From Catajapyx aquilonaris (taxonomy: Eukaryota), in the NCBI GenBank assembly GCA_000934665.2, contig KZ538104.1, positions 111,451-131,450 of the forward strand: a stretch of 20,000 nucleotides of DNA, read 5' to 3'. Under the pieces are notes generated by a model that saw only the letters and a list, made by a program, of their open reading frames with translations, did no database searches and was not told the DNA's origin. Of this stretch, positions 1-9,376 are shown in pieces (within the stretch, counting starts at the first letter, position 1; every line of letters starts with the position of its first letter). The position numbers and the translations under genes are program-made.

Positions 1-113
1 CTGGAAACATATTGATAAAATAAAAATCTCACGAAAAATGCTCAAGTGACATTGGAATTCATTTTCTAACATTGCATTTTATTTTTGGGGGGATGTAAAA
101 TTCCACAATTCGT

Positions 114-1075
114 AGCGAAATTCGGGAAAAACAAAAGCGTGACCTTGGAATCCATTTTCCGACCTTGAAAGTCATTTTGTGACCTTGAGACTTTTCGCCA
201 TTTGCAGCCAAATTCGGGAAAAACAAAAGCGTGACCTTGGAATCCATTTTCCGACCTTGAAAGTCATTTTGTGACCTTGAGACTTTTCGCCATTTGCAGC
301 CAAATTCTGGAAAAATAAAAGCGTGACCTTGGAAACAATTTTCCGACCTTGAAAGTCATTTTGTGACCTTGAGACTTTTCACCATTTGCAGCCAAATTCT
401 GGCAAAATAAAAGCGTGACCTTGGAAACCATTTTCCGACCTTGAAAGTCATTTTGTGACCTTCAGACTTTTCACCATTTGCAGCCAAATTCGGGAAAAAG
501 AAAAACGTGACCTTGGAATCCATTTTCCGACCTTGAAAGTCATTTTGTGACCTTGAGACTTTTCTCCATTTGCAGCCAAATTCGGGAAAAATAAAAGCGT
601 GACCTTGGAATCCATTTTCCGACCTTGAAAGTCATTTTGTGACCTTGAGACTTTTCGCCATTTGCAGCCAAATTCGGGAAAAATAAAAGCGTGACCTTGG
701 AAACCATTTTCCGACCTTGAAAGTCATTTTGTGACCATGAGACTTTTCAACATTTGCAGCCAAATTCTGGAAAAATAAAAGCGTGACCTTGGAAACCATT
801 TTCCGACCTTGAAAGTCATTTTGTGACCTTGAGACTTTTCTCCATTTGCAGTCAAATTCGGGAAAAATAAAAGCGTGACCTTGGAATCCATTTTTTGACC
901 TTGAGACTTTTCACAATTTGTAGGGAAATTCGGGAAAAATAAAAGCGTGACCTTGGAGTCAATTTTCCGACCTTGAAAATCATTTTGTGACCTTGAAATC
1001 TGTTTTTCGACATTTATTCCCCAATTTGTAACGAAATTCTGGGAAAAAAATAAACGTGTGACTTTGGATATCATT
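114..1075. repeat. 92-bp tandem satellite/minisatellite, ~10 well-conserved units with degenerate edges (traces at ~45 and ~1150)
   Basis: The anchor (G/A)CGTGACCTTGG recurs at 137, 229, 321, 413, 505, 597, 689, 781 and 873 (period 92), then at 945 (72-bp unit, one 20-bp subrepeat lost). Each unit has three GACCTTG subrepeats spaced 20 bp apart. Confidence 0.97.
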
Positions 1076-1760
1076 TTCTGATATGGAACATTGTTGTTTT
1101 ACACTTAAAATTGCAGTTCTTGTAGCAAAAGTCTAAAGAAAAATATTATCGTGACCTTGGACTGTTTTTTTTTTTTTCGGCCGACAATTTATAACTTACA
1201 ACCCACATGGGAATAATTATTTTGTAAGCTTAAAAATAGTTCAAGCAGCTTTCAAACTGCTCCTGCTGAATATCTGCTACAAAATGCAGGAAAGACCAAA
1301 TAAAGTTACATGAAATACCCTGGTAAATAATGGTCAATTCAAAACTATACTCGTGACACAATTGCTAGTAAAACGATAATGGCCTACACGGAATGCATGA
1401 TGCAGGCCTCCCCGAGTTACAAAATTTGCCACTCCATTGTGTGTGTCCGTGTATGAGCAGTTTGTTTAATGCTCCTGGTGCTAGACGGCTGGCAATGCTT
1501 GAATTGCAGGATGCCATAAATTCTGTCGGAATCCCACAGTTACACAGCTTGAAATGCAATCCAATTATTTTCCTAGCTGCAGAAAAATACATGGTTATCC
1601 TGGTAAATACTTCTTGATTGCTGTTACAGTTGGTGCGAAAACTGCAATAGCAATTTGGATCACCTTGCAATTTTTGGACCATGATACACTATTGTCTGAC
1701 ACTACCTTCATCATATTTATAATGAAATCAGCACCTAATGCTCTGTGGAATGCTTCCTCT

Positions 1761-1897
1761 TTGACCCATCGCATTTCCACAGGCAATAACTGTCACATTC
1801 TCAGCCAGCTCTGGAGAAACAACATGCACCCTTTGCGCACGCTTTTTCTCCTGAACAGCTTGTTTGTGAGGCACAGTTAGTCGAATGCCTTTTTTCA
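1761..1897 (-). pseudogene. Frameshifted remnant of the pogo DDE_1 catalytic-domain N-terminus, downstream of the stop codon
   Basis: The minus strand reads AAC T GAT GAA AAA A GGC ATT CGA CTA ACT (a broken N-x-D-E-K-G-x-R-L-T). In another frame, 1829-1761 gives VHVVSPELAENVTVIACGNAMGQ, which fits the pogo 'ENVTxxACxNAxG' motif. Similarity is lost beyond ~1760. Confidence 0.85.
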
Positions 1898-3449
1898 TCA
1901 GTTATAAATATTATTTGCGCTGTACATTATTTCCATCTCATCCATGATTGCCTTCAGCTTCCAAAAATATTTATTGACAATAGCCTGGTTCAACTTTTGT
2001 CCCCGTCCTGTATTCAGATGTAGTGCTCTCCTCTTTTGGATCTCTGGTTGCCTCCTGTAGAATTCCTTCAACCAATGCGTACCTGCCATTTTTTCTGTAG
2101 TGCTGAAGTTGTGGGGAATATGGTACGATTCAGCAAATGCATACACACTACGTCGCAGAAGTTTTGCAGTGAGTGGAATTCCCAAATATTCTAGTCTGAG
2201 CAATTCACTGACAAGTCTCTTCTCTTGGTCCATGTCTAGCATGCAGTGTCGACCCAGTTTCTTGATGCACTTGCCAGAGGTGACGTGATTCCGGAGAGTT
2301 CGTCGTGGTATCCCGTACTGATTTGCTGCTTGCAACACTGGGACACCTGTGGGTTACAACAGCACATTCTTATTAATATGAGAGAGAGGTTGTTGGTACC
2401 TTGACATTTAACTAATTCGTGATAATCGTGAAAAGTGATAACTACCTTATAATCAATATTTTGGGACCATGAATATGATGAAGTGGAAAAAAATTAAGTC
2501 ATTGCTTCGATTATAATCCAGCTAAATTTTCCTTTGTGCAAGCCACTTATTGCTATGTCCAAAATTGCTCGATTTGGACTCAGCTCTGTACCCCCAGGAG
2601 GGCCACTTTGTACCCCTGGTTGGGAACTCCTGCTGTAGAGGATGGTATCAATAACTTTATTACGGAGAAGGGACTTGAAGTAGCCATCGGTTCACTAAAG
2701 GTGAAATAGTCTCCCGGAATCGACGGAATCCCCAACATCATCCTAAAAAATGCAGGCCCAAGGCTACGAGAGCTGATGATCTCGGTAATTACTCCTACTA
2801 CAAATATTCATTCAGAAAGAGAAAAACCTCCCAAAAAACTCCGCCGTCAAAGAGTTAAATTCTCCTCATCAGGTCTATTTAATAGTGCATTATCTGATGG
2901 ACTTAACAAACTTTGGCATTAAATGCATCATGGCCAACATTATTACAGGCAAAATTTCCGACAATAAAGGTGCGTTTACATGTGAGCGATTTGACAATAA
3001 CAACGCTGAGTAATCCGAGTATTGTTTGAGGCGAAAATCGATTGTTACTTTCACCTCAAGCAATATTGGCTACATCACTTGGCGATGATTTAGCTCCGCT
3101 TCGCTTGTCAAATTGCTCACATGTAAACGGGGCTTTAAGGTGCGTTTACATGTGAGCGATGTCATCGCCGAGCGCCGAGTCCCAAACAATTGGATTCATC
3201 ACTCGGCGATCAAAAGGCTCACATTAATATGGATAAACATTATCCATCTTGGCTGGAACAACTGAAGACTTCACTCGTCAAATCGCTCACATGTAAATGC
3301 GGATTTAGACATAACAACTTCTTCAAGCTTCATAAATATTACATACCTCTTTTAACAGCCTTCATAGCACACTCCATGGTACGGATGTCCCACGTAGCAT
3401 ATTTTGGTCTGGACGCCATGCTCAAAATAAGCTGCATATATATTTCCAT
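1898..3449 (-). CDS. pogo/Tigger transposase-derived DNA-binding protein (HTH_psq + HTH_Tnp_Tc5/CENP-B-type), ~183 aa; join(3449..3347,2346..1898)
   Basis: Exon 1 reads MEIYMQLILSMASRPKYATWDIRTMECAMKAVKR G| (donor GTATGT at 3346). Acceptor ACAG at 2347 is phase-1 compatible and continues G-VPVLQAANQYGIPRRTLRNHV (psq HTH), LGRHCMLDMDQEKRLV...GIPLT...AGTHWLKEFYRRQPEI (CENP-B-type HTH), ending IYN-TGA. In-frame alternative ATGs lie at 3437 and 3419; a splice acceptor (TTTTCAG) sits at 3453. Confidence 0.8.
2586..2632 (-). mobile_element. Terminal fragment of a hAT (Charlie-like) non-autonomous element, intronic
   Basis: The minus strand reads CAGGAGTTCCCAACCAGGGGTAC...GGGGGTAC, resembling the hAT CAGGGGTTCCCAA terminus. 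It is flanked by CTGTAGAG, close to the CTCTAGAG-type target. The other end was not found. Confidence 0.5.
2968..3134. mobile_element. PIF/Harbinger-like MITE, copy 1 (167 bp), intronic
   Basis: ~30-bp imperfect TIR AGGTGCGTTTACATGTGAGCGATTTGACAA ... TTGTCAAATTGCTCACATGTAAACGGGGCT, flanked by TAA (2965-2967) and TTA (3135-3137), the TWA target typical of PIF/Harbinger. Confidence 0.8.
3138..3304. mobile_element. PIF/Harbinger-like MITE, copy 2 (167 bp), intronic
   Basis: TIR AGGTGCGTTTACATGTGAGCGAT ... ATCGCTCACATGTAAATGCGGAT, flanked by TTA (3135-3137) and TTA (3305-3307). Confidence 0.8.
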
Positions 3450-3741
3450 CCTCTGAAAAGAAAAATTAGATAAGCATAAGCAACTGGCTCATACCATAGA
3501 CACTGCACCTTACACAAACATTACCAAATAAAAGTTATGGTGTATACTACCCCAAGTCGGAGAAAAAGAATGCAGGTGAGTTAGTTTGTATGCGCAGGAA
3601 TTATTTTCCAATTAGGCTCTTCTTCAGCTTCAGCGGTGCAGAAGAACAGCTTCCAGATGTAGCCTCTTGGCCTGCACTGTGGTTTTATGTAACGAAGTGG
3701 GTAATGATAAACATGATTATGTCCGAAACCTGTCCAATGTT

Positions 3742-5949
3742 TTATTTCCGTATCTCCGACACTGTCACTTCGTTGCCTAACGAGTAGCTTTGAACTAGGG
3801 CAATAAGCTGTCTCTCACACTGTAGTTTCAGATGTGTTGGGACATCTTCTCTTAAAATTCCCATCAGATAATCTCCTAACCTTGAGTAGCGGTCTGCTTG
3901 CGGAGGCTGAACCGCAAGTGCTCTAAAATAAAGGAAAATGCAAGTGTAAGGACACGAATGCAGAAATGGGTGAAAATATTACTGGTTGTAAGTTTGGTTT
4001 GGTTCACTGAAGCAAATATCACCAATACCATGAAGCATAAATTGATTTATCACTATTAATTATGCGGATAGCATGAAGAGTATGTCTGTAGCAGATGGGG
4101 AAAATGCAGCTGTTGATATGTGGGCTAGTCTAAATACACTAATATCTAATGTCTATTAGAGCTTTTTTGTCTGTCCTCGTCAGCTGTGAATAATGTGCAT
4201 TTCTCACTTGTTCAGTTGATCAAGTTCATAGTCAATTTTTTGGACCATCTCCTCCTCTTGATCTGCAGTCCTGGTGTTCGGCCTCTTTTTTGGGCTCCGG
4301 TTTGCAGTGGGAGAAGACTTGGGAGACATAAAAGGGGCCTGGGATGAGGGACAAGGAGTGGGTCTCAATGAATTGGACGAGCTTGGAATGACAACCAAAT
4401 ATGAGGTAGGTGCAGGGGTCACTGTATGTCCTGCAGTGGGAGGAATTTCTTCATTCTTCTCTTCTTGTTCTTCTTCACCGTCCCCCGTAGTCAACTCAAC
4501 CACAGGTTCTATTGAGAGCTCCTGAGATTCAACTTGAGGCTCCCCCAAGTCCAGCGGCTCAGCAAAGATGCCTTCCTTCTGGCAGGATAACACTGACTGC
4601 TCTCGGTTCTTCATTCTAGGCTGCAAACTGCCCATCGTCCTGAAAATGACGATGCCATTAAAAACCACAGAGCAAGGTGGACAGTAAGAGTGCCTCTGAA
4701 ACCTGGCAACATATTAAATTTTAAAATTATGTATCAAAAAATATGGCACATTTCTTGTGCATTGTAAAACTGCCGACAAAAACATGTCGCAACATTTGAC
4801 ATATACCAAAATGTCTCACAATGAAGTGTCCCACCAATTTGATACTTACTTCCTGGATCCAACCCTGTTCCGCATGAAGAGCATGTCCTGAAAGTGGGCC
4901 CACTTCACACCAACCGCACCATGCGATTTAGAAGCATTGTGGTAGGCAACGCGAAACTGGTCCACCAAATTCTTCCAGCTCGTTTTGCATTGGTAACCTG
5001 CAATGAAATAATTCAGATGTATACAGTACTACTAATGGCACGTGTCTTATACCAATTCGAGCAGAAGACGCTCTAGTGGAAAATGTGCTTGTAGGAACGA
5101 GACTGATACTCACTGGTCATTCCCATTTCCTTTGCGACCTGTGACCACAGTAGGTCACCAAGTGCTTTGTCCCTGTAGTCCTGGCGGCACTTGTCCCATA
5201 GAGTGGGCCTGGCGTGTACCTCCCGAATGAGTTTTTCCTTCTTCAGTTTTTCTTGGGCGCGTAGCATTGCTCGTTCCGCCTTCGTCTTTGCCCTGTCGAG
5301 TCTGCCTGGAGTGGGAAATGAAGAGGAGAGGAGGTGGTTGGGGAAGCTGGAAAGTGGAGGGACTGGTCCAGGGGGCCGCTTGTGATTGCAAGTGGCAGTG
5401 AGGGCTTCAAATCACACTTTCAGAGCAGTTAGAAAATTAATCTTTTGCTCACAGTGTGTCCAAACTTTGCACAAAAGAGCCCGAATTTTCTTGCTACGAC
5501 CAGTCCTTCACGTGAGTGTCATGCGTCCCAAGTTTTTGCTTACAATTCGAATCTGCCTACATTGTTGCCGACAATAAACTTCAACGTACATTTCAACTTT
5601 TCCTTCGCTACGTCCTATGAACAAAATAATTGTTGTCCAAACTTAATTTTACAGACCATTTTACATCAGTCAGCTTACCATGAGTATTGGCCATCTTGTG
5701 TCCAAGAGTATGCGTCACCATTGACAAGGCAGATTTGGACGTCATCTGAGACGTTAGTTTGTCAGTCCCCGTCGTAGTGGATTCAGGCGAGTCAGCTCTG
5801 GGTTCAGAAGATTCCATTTCGGCTGTCACCATATTCTCAGGAACAGCATCCATCATCGGCTCTTCCTTCACCTCCATGTTCCAAAACGCCTCAGACTCCA
5901 TCATCTCCTCCTCTGTCTTCATAGCATAGCCTGCCACCTCCAATGCCAT
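3742..5949 (-). CDS. MADF (Myb/SANT-like in Adf-1) domain protein with C-terminal BESS-like motif, ~407 aa; join(5949..5679,5305..5114,4997..4850,4639..4208,3922..3742)
   Basis: MADF signature EKLIREVHARPTLWDKCRQDYRDKALGDLLWSQVAKEMGMT|SYQCKTSWKNLVDQFR...KWAHFQDMLFM, then an acidic and S/P-rich linker, then DRYSRLGDYLMGILREDVPTHLKLQCERQLIALVQSY (BESS-like). All four introns are GT-AG with matching phases (1,1,2,2); total 1224 nt, open to TAA. The first exon is less certain; a shorter form could start at ATG 5267. Confidence 0.87.
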
Positions 5950-6053
5950 GGGTCTGTCAAAAATTCTAACATTAGCGCCAAGCGCATGAAACGGAACTGG
6001 GCGGCAAGACTGGTCACTCATAAATGGACATTAGTATGGGCAGTTGCTTTTAC

Positions 6054-6093
6054 CTGCTGTGCAAATACTCTTCCTTGTTCCGTTGCCTTTGAC
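6054..6093 (-). other. Probable 40-bp upstream exon (5' UTR or N-terminal extension) of the MADF gene
   Basis: Minus strand: pyrimidine tract CTCCTCCTTTCCTCAG|GTCAAAGG...CACAGCAG|GTAAAAG. Splicing to the acceptor TTTTTGACAG at 5954 keeps the frame open (QRQRNKEEYLHSRPM). A further candidate donor GCG|GTAATA lies at 6240. Confidence 0.5.
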
Positions 6094-6249
6094 CTGAGGA
6101 AAGGAGGAGTCGGCCAGGTACACCTCAGCGGGCATGTAGGTCAACCTCCAGCAGGCTGATAGAAGCTGTCTGCTGCAAATGCCAGGAAATGGGTCCTGCT
6201 CAGATACTAATTACTCTCTAATAATTACAAAGCTTATTACCGCCATGTG

Positions 6250-6650
6250 AGCAGGCCTTAACAGACTCTCGTTTCGGCTGGTTGGAGATGATGAAAAAGA
6301 ACAAGCTTGACAGTCGGCCATCTTTGACGATGGGCTCATTCCGACCCCTGCTCTCTTCAGAACCGTTTCGAGTCATCTCCACACAGGTGGCAGCACTGAT
6401 CGATACCGTATTCGCAATGTTACCGTATATTCCCACCAAATATAGAACAATTAGCAAAAGCTCAGGTGAATCACATTATTGTAAACGCACAATTCGGACA
6501 ACAATATTCCGCTTCATTTTGCCTGCATGTTGCCGATTGTATGAACCACAAATTAAGCCATTGTTTCCATAAGAGCATAACCAGGCGGGGGTTATTCTTG
6601 CAGAAATCTACGGTATACCGTATTCGTAAAATGTTCTATTTCGTTCGAAC
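6250..6650 (-). promoter_or_regulatory. Putative promoter/first-exon region of the MADF gene
   Basis: Positional inference: lies between the upstream exons and the start of the repeat field and is visibly CpG-richer. Contains a 7/8 DRE-like site (TATCGATC on minus, 6398-6405) next to TGGCAGCACTG. No TSS can be fixed. Confidence 0.3.
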
Positions 6651-7198
6651 CTCATTCTATTTAATCAGTTTGTTTGGAACACAAGCTCTTATGGTTTCCA
6701 TGGCACCCACATGCTACATGCGTTCCAAACATATCCGTCTCCATGGCGATTCGAATGGGAGTCAACAACAGCAGCAGCCAAGACAGCAAAGCGTGTCCAT
6801 TGGCAACCGATCGAATGTGTTCTCGAGTGTTGTCAACAACAATCGGTCAGTCTTGCTCCGGCCGAGGTAGGGTTCGGTTGTGTCTGTCCGTGTCTCTCCT
6901 TCCAGTGTATATCGCAACTGTGTTGCCAAACATATATAGGTCAGGGCTGGTCAGGGGGTATCTTCTCAAATACTGTCTGCTCTTATTGTCGGTGTATATT
7001 TCTTCTTTCCCGACCTTCATGTGGTGGGGTTTATGGCATGCGAGGCACTCTTTCGTCACAGCCTGCTTCTAAAAATGGTTTAAAATGGTCTCGTCCTTAT
7101 AACATAATATCGTGTGACGTGACGTCTCAATGTGTGCTGTTTTGTGCTGGTTGTACAGTCAGTATTTCATGTAAGAAGAATATTACTTTGTGAATGTA

Positions 7199-7305
7199 GA
7201 ATGGAAAACGAGAGAACGATCTGACGTCATCGTTTCTTCCATTGTTGCTTTTGAATGTTTCCATGGAAACTGTGATGACGTCAGATCGTTCTCTCACTTT
7301 CAGTA
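7199..7305. mobile_element. ~105-bp MITE-like insertion with a perfect 22-bp inverted repeat
   Basis: GAGAGAACGATCTGACGTCATC (7210-7231) is the exact reverse complement of 7274-7295. The segment is absent from the paralogous position near 13190. Confidence 0.7.
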
Positions 7306-8160
7306 GGTACATTATCTTGTATCACATATTCGGTGCTGGTATAAGGTGCGTGTACTATATTGTATCGCACAATTACGCGCCTGATTATATTTTATAATAC
7401 CCTAGCCTTCCTTGGGTGCTTTGTATCATCCGCATTAAAAAATTAATGGTAATGATATTATGGACGGGGGTTTCCTGAAGCTTCTCTGTTATGACGTATT
7501 TCTCCACTATTTCAATGTAAGTCTTATGATTGAGCATTAATATTGAGTGATGCTTTTGTACTGTGTGTGCAAATATCATTGGATGCAATGAAAAGATGGA
7601 TTGGATTGGTTGCTGATTTTTGTCTCCAACATTTCTGTTGCTCGGGGAGGGCACTGGTGAAAGAAAGCTGTTCACTTGCTCATTGTCAAGATCGAAGAAT
7701 ATTACCCGCAAGGAGGTTTCCTCTCATTTTTCTGTAATATTAGAGTAACTAAAATCTCGTGTCATCTGAAACTTTGTTCGCAGATTCATCTGGATCAATG
7801 CAAATTTACACACAGATTACTGTTACACGGAATCCTATTCTGCTTGGCGGATTCACCGATTTGTTTACATTATTGTTGACCTATAAGGTAATGGAAATCA
7901 TTACAATAGAGTATAATATCTTGACCATATTGATCTCTGTGTGCAATGATGCGTATCGCGCACTGGCTGTGTGATTATTCCGGTCAATGTTACGGTTTCG
8001 TAATGCAAACGTATATCAAGCATCACTCACATCTCTCTTCACAGAGTCAGTCGAAATGCACCCTCGGCCCACGGTTTTAACGCTGGAGTGTGTCTCATCC
8101 ATAAAGTTTCGATACACAAGGACTCCTAGATCATATCTATAGTGTAACATAACTATACTG

Positions 8161-8221
8161 AACCCGTCTTACAATATCAATTTCGGCCAGCCAGGCCGAA
8201 ATTGATATTGTAAGACGGGTT
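8161..8221. repeat. Perfect 28-bp inverted repeat with a 5-nt spacer (hairpin/cruciform; possibly a collapsed MITE)
   Basis: AACCCGTCTTACAATATCAATTTCGGCC-agcca-GGCCGAAATTGATATTGTAAGACGGGTT. Confidence 0.95.
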
Positions 8222-8899
8222 TCACATTAATAGTCTATAGCGTCTTGTACAGTTCAGTGTCACGCAAGATTTTTGGAGCATATATTTTATAAGGGAATTT
8301 TTCCTCAATCGTTTCACTCTGATCTCCCTTGACAGAGGAGGAGCATTAATTTTTAGGGAGCTTCTTTAGTTATTAACATACATATATGCACATGAGGCCT
8401 TTCAGGTCTGCACGTGTCCATCTGGTTGTTATAACATAACAATAATAGAGTAATAATGAAATGACATAATAGTAGAATACATGAGTAGAATACACCGTGA
8501 AGGGTTTACTGGAGGCCTTTTAGGTCAATGTCTTTCAATTACTGACGATGTGGGGACTTGGAATAGCTGCAGGAATGCAATACCGGAATATTTCCAGTGC
8601 ATGGTGCTACCCGTAATGTTGTAGCAATACCAAAAGCATGGGGTTTATGTCTCACTCTTGGGCCAGGTGGGTGGTGGTCGTTGAAATCGGCATTTGAAAC
8701 CGCTGCGCTGGTTGGCTAGGCCACCATGACAAACCTCTACTTACTGTATGTACAGTACCACCATATACGGCCCAAGCTTCTGGTTGTTGCGCCTCGACAT
8801 GCTCAACAATGAGACTTCTGAAGGCCAGTGTAAAGAAATAATTACTCTCGTCATTATACCTTCTTCCTCTGCCTTCCCGACACAAATAGTATAGCCTAC

Positions 8900-9329
8900 A
8901 AGAAAAATGATTTTTTTAAAAATTACGCAGTGTTGAAAACAAAATTTCCCACCAGGCATCTGTATGTACATTTCTCAAGTTCTTCAGGGCAAACAGTTGG
9001 AACGAGGTGGGGGTGTGAGGTAGGGGTGAGGGGTCATGGGGTCAAATATTCTGGGGAAAAACATGATGGCTGTGCAGTCTTTTCCTGGACCAACTCCATC
9101 CCCATTCCTCTTTTTACACATCCAATCAGAATTGACTACGCTATAACCAAAGCAGGCAATCTATCACAGATAGTGACAAACTTTGGCTTATTGTAACTTG
9201 GCCTTATTTTAAGGTGTATCGAGTTCCAGTGTACGGAACGCAAATTTTACAAACAAACAAACTTCCAAAAATATACCCGTACCTTTAACAGCATCCCAAC
9301 ATACCCGGGCAACGCCGGGTAACCTGCTA

Positions 9330-9330
<1 letters not shown>
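8900..9330 (+). mobile_element. Non-autonomous Helitron; 3' end clear, 5' boundary approximate
   Basis: GC-rich hairpin TACCCGG-gcaacg-CCGGGTA (9302-9321) followed after 5 nt by CTAG (9327-9330) and T, the canonical Helitron 3' terminus. Similarity between copy A and copy B is lost across this interval. Confidence 0.65.

Positions 9331-9375
<45 letters not shown>
9331..9375. repeat. (TAA)15 microsatellite
   Basis: Read directly. Confidence 0.99.

Positions 9376-9376
<1 letters not shown>

Noticed and set aside
59..1074. ORFs 59..247 and 724..1074 with repeated peptides
   Set aside because: They are translations of the 92-bp satellite; the period is not a multiple of 3.
114..1075. CRISPR array
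   Set aside because: Whole units are repeated with no unique spacers; eukaryotic context and no cas genes.
1365..3449. Intact autonomous pogo transposon
   Set aside because: Stop codons and frameshifts at the first catalytic Asp, most of the DDE domain unrecognisable, and no TIR/TA pair found.
3572..3581. Consensus plus-strand splice donor GCAG|GTGAGT suggesting an antisense gene
   Set aside because: No supporting plus-strand exon or recognisable ORF; single matches occur by chance.
1898..5949. Two-gene PIF/Harbinger element (MADF/Myb-like protein plus nuclease)
   Set aside because: The neighbouring transposase motifs are pogo (DDE_1), not DDE_Tnp_4, and no enclosing TIRs were seen. A remote Harbinger origin of the MADF gene is not excluded.
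6466..7193. Overlapping 130-160 aa plus-strand ORFs
   Set aside because: No recognisable domain; they overlap sequence repeated with indels at 10792-11300.
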